The notes: a model not told the origin generated them from the sequence alone. DNA of 64,000 nt from an uncultured Gemmatimonadales bacterium (GCA_963708135.1 OY970192.1:4704001-4768000); one strand, 5' to 3'. Positions 1 through 10,298 are shown, numbered from the stretch's first letter. Translations and numbers: made by a program.

Positions 1-406
1 GCGCGAGTTCTGGACCGCGCACGCCAAGGCCGCGGGGGAGGCGCCGGCTGAGTTCAAGTCGGAGCTCGAGGAGCGAGTCCAGTACGTGAACCGCAACTTC
101 CGGCCGCCGGCCGCCCGGAACCGGAAGAAGCCGGTGCAGGGGTGGCAGACGGATCGTGGCCGCATCTACATCATGCTCGGGGCCCCGGCCGACAAGATGG
201 TCTCGCAGGAGCGGGGCGGCGCCCTCACCAGGCGCTGGGAGGCGTGGAAGTATGCCCAGGGCCGCGGCGACATCTACCTGTTCGTGGACGTCTCCGGGTT
301 CGGCCGCTACGAGATGCTGTACACGACGAACCCCTACATTCCGTCGGATCCGAGCTGGCAGAACTACCTCGGCCGCGAGGACCTGCAGCGGCTGCAGGCG
401 TTCTAG
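1..406 (+). CDS. GWxTD domain-containing protein (5' end outside window)
   Basis: Frame is open from the window edge; contains GWQTDRGRIYIMLGAP, the GWxTD signature; TAG ends at 406. Confidence 0.8.
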   Translation, partial: REFWTAHAKAAGEAPAEFKSELEERVQYVNRNFRPPAARNRKKPVQGWQTDRGRIYIMLGAPADKMVSQERGGALTRRWEAWKYAQGRGDIYLFVDVSGFGRYEMLYTTNPYIPSDPSWQNYLGREDLQRLQAF

Positions 407-489
407 GCGCGCGGGGGCGCGGGGCTCAGGGCTCGGAGAAAGGGAAGGGTGGGGCGGACCGCCGTCCGCCCCACCCGTGTATCAGCAGG

Positions 490-2538
490 ATGATGGCACG
501 TTCCCGCAGCGCGCTCGCCGCGCTCGTCCTCCTCCTCGGCGCCGCCGCCCCCACCCTCGCCCAGTCCCCGCCGGACAGCGCCCGGGCCCGTGCGCAGTAC
601 GAGCGCGGCGTGGCGCTCCTGGCGAAGGGCGACGCGCACATCCCCTCGCCGGGCGACATCCTGCGCGGCCTCACCTTCTGGCAGGACTTCCTCTCTGCGA
701 TCGGCAGGGACCACGTGGCCGGCGCCCGGCGCGCGTTCGGGGCGGCCCTCGAGGCGGACCCGGCGTTCGCCCCCGCGGCCGTCGAGCTGGGCAAGCTGGC
801 GCTCGCCTCGCGCGACCCGGACGACCTGGCCGGGGCCGCCGCCGCGCTGGACCGGGTGGCGGCCGCGCCGGACGCGACGGCCGAGACGCTGCGCCTCGCG
901 TCGGAGGTCGCGCTCGCGGTCGGAGACAGCGCGGCCGCGGGCGCGCGGGCGCGGGCGTACGCGACGGCGCCCGGGCGCGACGCGTCGCTTGCGGGCCTCG
1001 ACCTCGCGCGCGCGGAGCTGGAAGCCGGGCGGGCCGCCGAGGGCTGGGCCGCCTACACGGCGGGGCTCGACTCGCTGACCGACGCCGGAGCGGACGCCTA
1101 CCTCGCCGACCTTGGGCCGCTCTCCGAGGACGCGAGCGCCGCGGACTGGCAGAGCCTCCCGCTCGGCGGCAGGGCCACGTGGCTGCGCCACTACTGGGTG
1201 GCCCGCGCCGCGGCGGCGGGGCGCACCCCCGCCGCCGTGCTGACGGAGCACGAGCGGCGGCTGCGCTTCGCGCAGCAGCATTATCCGCGGACCAGCCGGC
1301 GGGCCGTGACCGCGGCGACGCCGGACGCGGTCGCCCACGCCGTCGCCTCCGGGCTCGACGACCGGGGCATCCTCTACGTCCGCCACGGCGCGCCCGACCG
1401 AGTCGTGCGCACGCCGGTATCCGGGTGCGCGCCCCACGAGAGCTGGCTCTATCAGGCCGACGGCGGTCCCCTCATCTACCACTTCGTGTCGCTCAACCGC
1501 GCCAACGAATACGTGCTCGTGGCCGACCCCCTTGCCGGCTGCGGCGATGGCAGCGCGCGCGCCCGGGAGCTCGGGGCGCTCGCGGACCTCGACGGCCGCT
1601 ACGCCGCCCTCGAGGCGCAGGCGAACCTGGCCGGTGTGGGCGGCACGCGCAGCGTCGCCGAGGAGTTCAACACCGATCTCGCCAGGCTGGTCACGGAGCG
1701 GCGGGGCGAGGCGATCGAGGGCCTGAGGGAGAGCGGCTACAGGCCGCGGGCGAAGGACGTGGTCTCGTTCTACTACGACACGTACGCGTTCCGCGGCGCC
1801 TCGGGACGGACGGACCTCGTGGCGGCGCTCGCCATACCGGGCGGCGCGCTCCGCGGCCGGGAGGCCGGACAGGGTGTGCGCTACGCCGCCGACGTCGCCT
1901 TCGCGGTGCTGGACACCGTCACCGCCGGTACCTGGCAGTCGGACACCACGCTGGACTTCATGGCGCCGCGCGCCTTCGGGGCGCGGGAGAACCTGCGGGT
2001 CGCCGTCGAGCTGCCGGTGCCGCCCGGCCGCGCCTACGCCGACCGCGTGAGCGTGCGGTTGCCCGGGCAGGACGCGGAGGGCGGCTACGGCGGCGCGCTC
2101 GCCGTGCCGAGCTTCCGCGGGGACACCCTGATGGTGAGCGACCTCGTGCTGGCGGAGCCCGCCGGCCACGGCTGGCGCCGCGGCGGCGTGGAGCTCGGTC
2201 TGGTCCCGCCCCGGCAGTACACGCGCGGGCCGATCTCTCTCTTCTACGAGCTCTACAACCTGCGGGCGGACTCCACGTACACGACCCGGATCCGCGTCAT
2301 CTCGCTCGGCGGAAAGGATCTGTTCGGCGCGCTGAAGCGGCTCTTCACCGGCGGCGGCGCCGCTCTCTCGGTCTCGTTCCGCGACGTGGCGCACCCCCGC
2401 TCCGACGGCACCGTGCAGGTGCTGCGGCACGTGGACCTCGGCCAGCTCTCGCCTGGCGCGTATCGGATGGAGGTCGAGACCCGCTCAGGCGGGCGGACGG
2501 TGCGGAGGGAGACGGAGTTCCTGGTCAGGAAAGAATAA
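490..2538 (+). CDS. Secreted helical-repeat protein with degenerate GWxTD domain
   Basis: ATG at 490/493 followed by a signal peptide (ALAALVLLLGAAAPTLAQ); GLDDRGILYVRHGAPD matches the GWxTD core with W lost; beta-rich C-terminus. Confidence 0.65.
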   Translation: MMARSRSALAALVLLLGAAAPTLAQSPPDSARARAQYERGVALLAKGDAHIPSPGDILRGLTFWQDFLSAIGRDHVAGARRAFGAALEADPAFAPAAVELGKLALASRDPDDLAGAAAALDRVAAAPDATAETLRLASEVALAVGDSAAAGARARAYATAPGRDASLAGLDLARAELEAGRAAEGWAAYTAGLDSLTDAGADAYLADLGPLSEDASAADWQSLPLGGRATWLRHYWVARAAAAGRTPAAVLTEHERRLRFAQQHYPRTSRRAVTAATPDAVAHAVASGLDDRGILYVRHGAPDRVVRTPVSGCAPHESWLYQADGGPLIYHFVSLNRANEYVLVADPLAGCGDGSARARELGALADLDGRYAALEAQANLAGVGGTRSVAEEFNTDLARLVTERRGEAIEGLRESGYRPRAKDVVSFYYDTYAFRGASGRTDLVAALAIPGGALRGREAGQGVRYAADVAFAVLDTVTAGTWQSDTTLDFMAPRAFGARENLRVAVELPVPPGRAYADRVSVRLPGQDAEGGYGGALAVPSFRGDTLMVSDLVLAEPAGHGWRRGGVELGLVPPRQYTRGPISLFYELYNLRADSTYTTRIRVISLGGKDLFGALKRLFTGGGAALSVSFRDVAHPRSDGTVQVLRHVDLGQLSPGAYRMEVETRSGGRTVRRETEFLVRKE

Positions 2539-2611
2539 CGAACAGGCACACAAGGCCGGCGGCGGGAGCCGGTCGAGTGCCGGTTTTCCATTCGGCGAGG
2601 GGCGCCGCCGT

Positions 2612-3967
2612 TCATCCGTTCTTTCCGTTCTCGCCGCGCCTGCAGGCGGCGAGGCCCTCGAACAGGCGATCGAACTGCTCGGGCCGGTGCGCGGCGGTGG
2701 CGCAGAGGCGCAGGCGCGCGAGTCCCGGCGAGACGGCGGGGTAGGTCACGGCGGAGACGAACACGCCGCGCGCCAGGAGCTGGCGGGCCCAGTGGTAGGC
2801 GCGCCATTCGTCGCCGAGCAGGACGGGGATGACGGGTGTCGTCGAGGGGCCGGTGGGCAGCCCCAGCTCGCGCAGGCCGTCGCGCAGCCGGCGGCTGTTC
2901 TCGTGCAGGCGGCGCACGTGCTGCGGCTCGTCCTGGATGATCCGGATCGCCTCGAGCGCCGCGGCGGCGTTGGCGGGCGTCATGGCGGCGGAGAAGATGT
3001 AGGGGGCCGAGCCGTGCTGGATGTAGATCCTGAGCGGCAGCGAGCCCGCCACGAAGCCGCCGGAGGAGGGGATGGCCTTGGAGAGGGAGCCGGTCAGGAT
3101 GTCGATGGAGGTGGGGTCGATGTCCTGGGCCTCGCAGATGCCGCGGCCGGTAGCGCCCACGGCGCCGATGGAGTGGGCCTCATCGACGAGGAGGAAGGCG
3201 CCGTAGCGGTCCTTGAGGGCGATGAGATCGGCGAGGGGCGCCTCGTCGCCATCCATGCTGAAGACGGAGTCCACGGCGACGAGGATGCGACCCTCGCCCT
3301 TGTTGCGGGCCTGGCGCAGCCGTCGCTCGAGGTCGGCCATGTCGTTGTGGCGGAAGCGGTGCGTGCGGCAGCCGGCCATGCGCACTCCATCCTGGATGCT
3401 CTGGTGCGCATACTGGTCGAGGAGCGCGAGGTCGTCCGGTCCGAACAGCGAGGTGATGGCGGCCACGTTGGCGTCGTAGCCGGAGGCGAAGGTGGCGGTG
3501 GCCTCGTGGCCGAGGAAGTCGGCCAGGGCGCGCTCGAGCTCGAGGTGGAGCTGGAGCGTGCCCGTGAGCAGGCGCACGCCTCCCGTCGAGGTCCCGTAGC
3601 GCTCGACGGCCTCCTTCACGGCCGTGGCGAGACGAGGATGCCCGATGAGCCCGAGGTAGCTGTACGAGGAGAACATCACGAAGCCGGTGCCGAGCGCCTC
3701 GCTCTCGGGGCCGGCCGCGCGGGAGAGCGGCACCTGGTACGTGTAGAGCGACTCCGGCAGGCCGGCGGCGAAGAGGTCGAACCACCGCCGTACGTTGGCG
3801 GTGTCGAGCAGGGAGCCCGGCTCGATCAGCGTATCGACGCTCTTCCCCTCGAAATAGCCGAGGAACGGGTCGCGTGTGAAGTCGTCGAGGCGCTCAGCCG
3901 CCGGGCCGGAACGCGACTTTGATGGAGCCGTGGCCGCCCTTGTCGAGAGCGGCTCTGATCGCGGCAC
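2612..3967 (-). CDS. PLP-dependent alpha-oxoamine synthase (BioF/KBL/serine palmitoyltransferase family)
   Basis: SYSYLGL, AHQSI, VDSVFSMDGD, DEAHSIG and GSLSKAI (PLP lysine) motifs; GGAGG 6 nt before the GTG start. Confidence 0.85.
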   Translation of the reverse strand: MPRSEPLSTRAATAPSKSRSGPAAERLDDFTRDPFLGYFEGKSVDTLIEPGSLLDTANVRRWFDLFAAGLPESLYTYQVPLSRAAGPESEALGTGFVMFSSYSYLGLIGHPRLATAVKEAVERYGTSTGGVRLLTGTLQLHLELERALADFLGHEATATFASGYDANVAAITSLFGPDDLALLDQYAHQSIQDGVRMAGCRTHRFRHNDMADLERRLRQARNKGEGRILVAVDSVFSMDGDEAPLADLIALKDRYGAFLLVDEAHSIGAVGATGRGICEAQDIDPTSIDILTGSLSKAIPSSGGFVAGSLPLRIYIQHGSAPYIFSAAMTPANAAAALEAIRIIQDEPQHVRRLHENSRRLRDGLRELGLPTGPSTTPVIPVLLGDEWRAYHWARQLLARGVFVSAVTYPAVSPGLARLRLCATAAHRPEQFDRLFEGLAACRRGENGKNG

Positions 3968-5111
3968 GATAGTCCTCCAGGGCGAAGACGTGGGTCAGCA
4001 TGCCGAGCGCCTCGAGGCGGTCCCGCCTCATGAGCTCGAGGGCGGCATCGTAGATGTCGGTGTCGCGGCCGCCGAACGGGGCGAGCCCGTACGCAAAGAC
4101 GCCCGCCACGGTGATCTGTCGGTACCACACCCGGGTCCAGTCCACGGCCAGCTTCGCCGCGGCGCCCACCAGGACGAGGCGGCCCGCCTCGCGGACGAGG
4201 GCCAGCGCGTCGCCGGCCGTCCGCTGCGTCCCGACCGTGTCGTAGACCAGCGACGGTCCACCCTCGACGAAGCGCGGCGCCAGCGTGGGCCGGTAGGCGC
4301 GGGCATCCGGCAGCGCGGCGGCCCACGCGTAGACCTCCTCGCGGGTGGAGAAGATCGGCCCCGCTCCCGCCCGCTCGGCCAGCGCCCGCTGCGCCGGATG
4401 GCGCGCGAGCACGGCGACCGGGCCCGTAAAGCCCGTGAGGCGCAGCGCCTTCACCGTGAGCGCCCCAATGCTGCCGGCGCCGATCACCAGCACGACATCG
4501 TCTTCCGCGGGCGGGTGCAGCAGCACCGGCCGAAGCGCCGAGACGAACGGGTCCGCCAGAACGGCCGCCTCCTCGGGCAGCTCCCCGGTACGGTGCAGCT
4601 GGCTGCGGTGCGCCACGAAGGAGGCCGACCAGCCGCCGCCGACGGCGGGGCAGTAGCCGATCATCGGTCCGGTGCCAATGGCGCCGTCGGTGGTGCGGCG
4701 GCAGAGCCCGTACTCGCCGCGGCCGCACGCGGGGCAGACCGGATCGAGCCCTCGCTGGGCGCAGGCGAGCATCGGGTTCACGATCACCGCGTCGCCCGCC
4801 CGCCACTCGCCCGCCGCGCTCCCCGCCTCCGCCACCCGTCCGATGTTCTCGTGGCCGAAGGTGAAGGGATAGGCGCCGAAGGGCTCGAGCGTGAACGAGT
4901 CGTGCGCCGTTACGGCGGCAAGGTCGCTGCCGCAGATCCCGCTGAGCGTGGTCTCGATCCGCACCCAGTCCGGGCCGGGCAGCGCGGGCGGATCCACCTC
5001 GTCGAACGTCACGCAGCCGAGCGGGCCCAGCGCCATGCCGGGGCGGTGGCGAGCGGTCCAGCGGGTCCACAGATACCGCACCGGCCGGTAGTGGAATCGG
5101 ATCGCCCGCAT
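3894..5111 (-). CDS. Zinc-dependent medium-chain alcohol dehydrogenase
   Basis: Starts MRAIRFHY at 5111; GICGSD, GHE, C..CPAC..GEYGLC structural zinc and GAGSIG Rossmann motifs. Confidence 0.85.
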   Translation of the reverse strand: MRAIRFHYRPVRYLWTRWTARHRPGMALGPLGCVTFDEVDPPALPGPDWVRIETTLSGICGSDLAAVTAHDSFTLEPFGAYPFTFGHENIGRVAEAGSAAGEWRAGDAVIVNPMLACAQRGLDPVCPACGRGEYGLCRRTTDGAIGTGPMIGYCPAVGGGWSASFVAHRSQLHRTGELPEEAAVLADPFVSALRPVLLHPPAEDDVVLVIGAGSIGALTVKALRLTGFTGPVAVLARHPAQRALAERAGAGPIFSTREEVYAWAAALPDARAYRPTLAPRFVEGGPSLVYDTVGTQRTAGDALALVREAGRLVLVGAAAKLAVDWTRVWYRQITVAGVFAYGLAPFGGRDTDIYDAALELMRRDRLEALGMLTHVFALEDYRAAIRAALDKGGHGSIKVAFRPGG

Positions 5112-5241
5112 TCTCGCTCCCGCTGGTGTGTCACGCCGCCCACGAGCGACGCCCGCAGCTCCCTTTGAATCTCGAAAAGCTAGGGGACGCGCGCGGTGCG
5201 GACAAGGCTCCGGGGCCGGGCGGGGGGCGGGACGAGCCCCG

Positions 5242-6796
5242 GAGTGGGAGAGTGGGGGAGCGGGAGCTGCGACCTGCTTTCCCGCGCCCTCGCACTGCTG
5301 GACGCGACGCCGGTGCCGGCGCGCGCGGGATTCCTTCTTCCGGCGCCGACTACGTGCGGCCCGCCGGTTGGCCGCGCCGGAGGCGCACGCCGGAATCCAC
5401 TTTCGGGCCCGGTATGGGCGGCGCGCGGAGACGCTGCCCCGTCCCCCACTCCCCCACTCCCCCACTCCCCGCCGCCAGGCGCCCGCGCCCCCAGAGTGGG
5501 AGAGTGGGCGAGTGGGAGCTGCGGCCTGCTTTCCCGCGCCCTCACATCGCCGGGCGCGACGCCGGTGCCGGCGCGCGCGGGATTCCCTTCTTCCGACGCC
5601 GGCCACGTGCGGCCGACCGGCTGCTCGCGCGGACCGGCTGCTCGCGCCGGAGGCGCACGCCGGAATCCACTCTCGGACCCGGTATGGGCGGCGCGCGGCG
5701 ACGCTGCCCCGTCCGCCACTCTCCCACTCTCCCACTCTCCGCCGCCGGGCGCCCGCGCCCCCAGAGTGGGAGAGTGGGTGAGTGGGATCTGCGGCCTGCT
5801 TTCCCGCACTCTCGCATCGCCGGGCGCGACGCCGGTGCCGGCGCGCGCGGGATTCCTTCTTCCGGCGCCGACTACGTGCGGCCCGCCGGTTGGCCGCGCC
5901 GGAGGCGCACGCCGGAATCCACTTTCGGGCCCGGTTTGGGCGGCGCGCGGAGACGCTGTTCCGTCCGCCACTCTCCCACTCTCCCACTCTCCGCCGCCAG
6001 GCGCCCCGCCCCAGAGTGGGAGAGTGGGCGAGTGGGAGCTGCGGCCTGCGTTCCCGCGCCCCTATATCGCCGGGCGCGACGCCGGTGCCGGCGCGCGCGG
6101 GATTCCTTCTTCCGGCGCCGACTACGTGCGGCCCACCGGCTGGTCCGCGCCGGAGGCGCACGCCGGAATCCACTTTCGGGCCCGGTATGGGCGGCGCGCG
6201 GAGACGCTGCCCCGTCCGCCACTCTCCCACTCTCCCACTCCCCGCCGCCAGGCGCCCGCGCCCCCAGAGTGGGAGAGTGGGCGAGTGGGAGCTGCGGCCT
6301 GCTTTCCCGCGCCCCTATATCGCCGGGCGCGACGCCGGTGCCGGCGCGCGCGGGATTCCTTCTTCCGGCGCCGACTACGTGCGGCCCGCCGGTTGGCCGC
6401 GCCGGAGGCGCACGCCGGAATCCACTTTCGGGCCCGGTTTGGGCGGCGCGCGGCGACGCTGCCCCGTCCGCCACTCTCCCACTCTCCCACTCTCCGCCGC
6501 CGGGCGCCCCGCCCCCAGAGTGGGAGAGTGGGCGAGTGGGAGCTGCGGCCTGCGTTCCCGCGCCCCTATATCGCCGGGCGCGACGCCGGTGCCGGCGCGC
6601 GCGGGATTCCTTCTTCCGGCGCCGACTACGTGCGGCCCGCCGGTTGGCCGCGCCGGAGGCGCACGCCGGAATCCACTTTCGGGCCCGGTATGGGCGGCGC
6701 GCGGAGACGCTGCCCCGTCCCCCACTCTCCCACTCCCCCACTCTCCGCCGCCAGGCGACGCTGCCCCGTCCCCCACTCTCCCACTCCCCCACTCTC
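5242..6796. repeat. Tandem array of six ~250-bp GC-rich structured units bounded by GAGTGGGAG...CTCCCACTC inverted repeats
   Basis: Unit starts at 5242, 5494, 5764, 6014, 6267 and 6518 (periods 252, 270, 250, 253, 251); interiors near-identical, with an internal GGATTCC...GGAATCC inverted repeat; partial end duplication ~6755-6796. Confidence 0.95.
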
Positions 6797-6860
6797 TCAA
6801 TCTTGTCGCGTCCCGCGGCGCTCCCTACGTTTCAGCCGGATCCTCCAACCCCGTGTCGCC

Positions 6861-7445
6861 ATGGCCAAGAGACCCGCGCCGCCGCCCTCCCTGCCGCCCG
6901 GCATCGACCGTCGGGGCTTCCTCAGGACGACGACCGGCGGCGCCGCCGCGCTGCTCGTCGCCTCGGTGCTTCCGGCCGGCTGCGCCGCGGATTACCCGCA
7001 GGCGGCCGAGGATGGGGCCACGCTGCGCTCGCTCACGCCGAAGCAGTACGCGACGACGCGCTCGGTGGCGGAGGCGATGCTCGTCGATGTCCCCGTGGCG
7101 CCGGCGGCGATCGCGGCCGACATGGACCGGGAGATGGAGCGCGTCGGCGACCCGGTGGCCCACGACCTCAAGGTGGTGCTCGCGCTGATCGAGAACCTCA
7201 CGTTCTTCTCCGGCCACGTGCGGCCGTTCTCGTCGCTTTCCATCGAGGACCGGCGGGGGACGCTGCACGGCTGGGCGACGAGCCGCTTCAACCTGCGGCG
7301 CGGCGCCTACCAGGCGCTCAAGGCATTCGTCATGTTCTACGCCTACTCCAGCGACTCGACCCGCCCGCTGACCCACTTCCCGGGACCGTGGCCGGAGCGC
7401 TTCAAGCTGCCGGCGACCCCGATCGACTTCGGGGAGGTCACATGA
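6861..7445 (+). CDS. Tat-exported partner subunit of GMC oxidoreductase (gluconate 2-dehydrogenase subunit 3-like)
   Basis: DRRGFL twin-arginine motif and lipobox-like LPAGC; ATGA overlap with the downstream GMC gene. Confidence 0.65.
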   Translation: MAKRPAPPPSLPPGIDRRGFLRTTTGGAAALLVASVLPAGCAADYPQAAEDGATLRSLTPKQYATTRSVAEAMLVDVPVAPAAIAADMDREMERVGDPVAHDLKVVLALIENLTFFSGHVRPFSSLSIEDRRGTLHGWATSRFNLRRGAYQALKAFVMFYAYSSDSTRPLTHFPGPWPERFKLPATPIDFGEVT

Positions 7446-8983
7446 TCATCCAGGGCACGAACCGGGCGGGGGACGTGCGGGAGAGCGCCGACGCCGTCGT
7501 GGTCGGCACGGGCGCGGGCGGCGGCACGCTCGGCGCCTACCTTGCGGAGCGCGGCTGGAAGGTGGTCATGCTGGAGAAGGGCGGCTTCTGGCGCGCGGAG
7601 GACTTCACGCAGCGCGAGGAGGACGCCATGGCCGACTTCAACGGCCGGCGCGGCCTCGATACCACCACCGACAACGCGATCTTCCTGAACTACGCCGAGG
7701 CGGTGGGCGGCTGCACGGTCCACTACTGGGGCGACTCGTTCCGCACCCCCGACGATCGGCTGGAGCGCTGGCGCACGGAGAAGGGGCTCGAGTGGATGCG
7801 CCCCGAGGTGCTCGGGCCGCACTGGGATGCCATCGAGAAGGAGCTCGGCATCCACACGGCCGAGGAGCAGCTCTTCAACGACAACAACCGCATGGTGCGG
7901 AAGGGGTGCGAGGCGCTGGGCGTCGAGGCGGGCGCGGTGCCGACCGCGCGCGTCGGGTGCTACGCCTGCGGCTGGACGCAGTACGGCTGCGCGTACAACA
8001 AGAAGAGCTCGCAGCTGATCACGACTGTCCCGCGCGTCTCGAAGGCGGGCGGGCGGGTCTACAGCGACGCGCACGTGACCCGGATCATCATCCAGGACGG
8101 GCGGGCGCGCGGCGTCGAGGGTGCCCTCGTCGAACGCGCGACGAAAAAGCCGCACGCGCGCATTCGCGTGGACGCGCCGGTGGTGGTGCTGGCCGGCGGC
8201 TCGCTCGGCACGGCAGACCTGCTGCTGCGTAACATCGACGATCCCGTGGTGGGGCGGCGCCTCTACATCAACCCGCACTTCTTCGTGTTCGCGGATTTCG
8301 GGCGCGAGATCGAGAACGTCACCGGGATCCCATGCGCCTACGCCGTGCACGGTTTCCGGCAGGTGAAGCGCGACGCCGGCGGGGGGTATGCGGGCGGCGG
8401 CTACATCATGCTCTCCAGCCACCAGTCGCCAGGGGTGACCGCCGCGATCCTGAACGGCTTCGGCGCGGATCACACGGAGCAGATGAGGAAGTACCGGCAC
8501 TACGGTTCGCTCATGTCCGTCATCGACGAGGACAACCCGGGCCGCGTCTTTCTCGACAACGGCATCCGCAAGACGGAGTTCCACCTGAAGGGCATCGACC
8601 GCCTCAAGGCCGTCGACTACATGAAGAACGCCTCGCGCATCTTCCTCGCCGCCGGCGCGCGCGAAGTGCGCATCCCGGACATCTACGGCACCGTCGTCCG
8701 CACCGAGGCCGACGTCCGCTCCCACATCACGCTCCGCTCCACGGAGCCCAACGCGCAGTTCGTGGCCGGTAGCCATCTCCAGGGCACCGCCCCGCTCGGC
8801 GCCGATCCCGCCGACTCCTTCGCCGGCCCTACGGGCGAGGCGCACCGGGTGAAGGGGCTGTACGTGGCGGACGGCGCCGCCATGCCGACCTCGATCTCCG
8901 TCGATCCGTCGCTCACCATCATGGGCGTGGCGCGCCATGTCGCGGCGGGCATAGACGAGAGGCACGGGCGGGGGCATGCGTAG
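7442..8983 (+). CDS. GMC family FAD-dependent oxidoreductase
   Basis: VVVGTGAGGG FAD motif, LEKG, VGGCTV, C..C....GC, SHLQGT and LYVADG..PTS...DPSLTI motifs. Confidence 0.9.
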   Translation: MIIQGTNRAGDVRESADAVVVGTGAGGGTLGAYLAERGWKVVMLEKGGFWRAEDFTQREEDAMADFNGRRGLDTTTDNAIFLNYAEAVGGCTVHYWGDSFRTPDDRLERWRTEKGLEWMRPEVLGPHWDAIEKELGIHTAEEQLFNDNNRMVRKGCEALGVEAGAVPTARVGCYACGWTQYGCAYNKKSSQLITTVPRVSKAGGRVYSDAHVTRIIIQDGRARGVEGALVERATKKPHARIRVDAPVVVLAGGSLGTADLLLRNIDDPVVGRRLYINPHFFVFADFGREIENVTGIPCAYAVHGFRQVKRDAGGGYAGGGYIMLSSHQSPGVTAAILNGFGADHTEQMRKYRHYGSLMSVIDEDNPGRVFLDNGIRKTEFHLKGIDRLKAVDYMKNASRIFLAAGAREVRIPDIYGTVVRTEADVRSHITLRSTEPNAQFVAGSHLQGTAPLGADPADSFAGPTGEAHRVKGLYVADGAAMPTSISVDPSLTIMGVARHVAAGIDERHGRGHA

Positions 8984-9109
8984 GGAGACCACGCCGCCCC
9001 GAGGAAAGGTCAGGGGCCGGGCACGGCGCCTGCGGTGAGGAGCCGCGTCCTGTTCCCGACCGAGGATCATGCCCGCGGACCGTGACCCCGCCCCTGCCCC
9101 TGCGCTGAT

Positions 9110-9784
9110 GTGAGCTCGCCCGATCCCGCCGGACTCGCCTCGCTCCTCGACCGCCACGCTCCCCTGACGCCCGTTCCGCTCTCGCCCGAGGTTCGCGTCT
9201 TCACGGCGCGCTCGCTGGTGGAGGTCTGGGGCGCGGCGGAGGCGCTCGCGGGGCGGCAGCTGCCCTCTCCCTTCTGGGCGTACGCCTGGCCGGCGGGGGC
9301 GGCGCTCGCGCGCGTGGTGCTGGACGGGGTCGTGGACGTGAGGGGGCTGCGCGTGCTGGACATCGGGGCGGGCGGCGGCGTCGCGTCGCTGGCGGCGGCG
9401 CGGGCGGGGGCGGCGAGCGTCGTCGCCAACGACATCGACCCGTGGGCGCTCGCCACGGCGCGGCTGGCGGCGGAGCGGCAGGGGGTGGAGCTGATCCCGC
9501 TGCTGTCGGACCTCACGCGGGAGCCCGCCGCGGCCGCGGGATTCGACGTGGTGCTGTGCGGCGACCTCGCGTACGAGAGTGGGGAGGCGCCGCGCCAGCG
9601 GGCGCTGCTCGAGTGGCTGGCCGCCGGCGGCGCCCGCGTGGTCGTGGCGGACGCGGGACGGGCGTACTTCGAGGGTGCCGGCCTGGAGACGCTGGCCCGC
9701 TACGATGTCGACGTGCCGCGGGACCTGGAGGGCGTCGCGGTGCGCGCGGCGGTCGTCTACCGGCTCATCCCAGGAGCTCGCTGA
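9110..9784 (+). CDS. Class I SAM-dependent methyltransferase (ETFB-KMT/Nnt1-like)
   Basis: PFWAYAWPAG, VLDIGAGGG, ANDID and GDLAYE motifs. Confidence 0.85.
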   Translation: MSSPDPAGLASLLDRHAPLTPVPLSPEVRVFTARSLVEVWGAAEALAGRQLPSPFWAYAWPAGAALARVVLDGVVDVRGLRVLDIGAGGGVASLAAARAGAASVVANDIDPWALATARLAAERQGVELIPLLSDLTREPAAAAGFDVVLCGDLAYESGEAPRQRALLEWLAAGGARVVVADAGRAYFEGAGLETLARYDVDVPRDLEGVAVRAAVVYRLIPGAR

Positions 9785-10056
9785 GGCGGGACAGGTCGAT
9801 GTTGCCGCCGCTCACGACGGCCACCTCCGGCCGCCGCCCCTTCGCGGCGGCGGCAACACCGGAGATGAGGCCGCCGCCACCGACCGGGACCACGATCGCG
9901 TCGACGTCCGGCAGGTCCTCGAGCACCTCCAACCCGAGCGTCCCCTGGCCGGCCACGACGTCGGCATCGTCGAACGGGTGCACCAGCACCCGCCCCTCCT
10001 CGCGCCGCAGCCGCTCCATCTCCTCGAAGGCCTCGTACACGGTGCCGCGAAGCACG
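9765..10056 (-). pseudogene. Threonine/serine dehydratase remnant (5' truncated, internally deleted)
   Basis: LVHPFDD..VVAGQGTLGLE...VVPVGGGGLISG joined almost directly to the terminal VVSGGNID motif; no PLP-lysine region; 5' edge abuts a GAGTGGG repeat at 10057. Confidence 0.8.
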
Positions 10057-10298
10057 GAGTGGGAGAGTGGGACAGTGGGAGAGTGGAAGAGTGGGCGATG
10101 GTCGTGGGGTACGCGGCTTCGGGGCGTGAGCGGCCGGCGCACCCGCTCCCCCTGCCCGGAGTGCGGCGGCGAGGTAGTCGCCGCAGGCGGGAACTCGGAG
10201 GCCGCCGGGCGGCGCACCCACTCTCCCACTCGGAGTGAGGCGGCGAGGTAGTCGCCGCAGGCGGGAGCTCGGAGGTCGCCGGGCGGTTCACCCACTCC
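10057..10298. repeat. Dispersed GAGTGGG/CCCACTC-bounded element with internal ~70-bp duplication
   Basis: Five degenerate GAGTGGGA octamers at 10057-10095; CCCACTC at ~10217-10231 and ~10291; GGCGGCGAGGTAGTCGCCGCAGGCGGGA repeated at 10165 and 10239. Confidence 0.8.

Noticed and set aside
5242..6796. CRISPR array
   Set aside because: Units are ~250 bp and near-identical throughout, with no unique spacers and no cas genes in the window.
5126..7188. Long ORFs through the tandem array (N-terminal extensions of the 1285-, 749- and 778-aa ORFs)
   Set aside because: They are open in several frames because of GC content; unit lengths shift frame; the real genes start at 5111 (-), 6861 and 7442.
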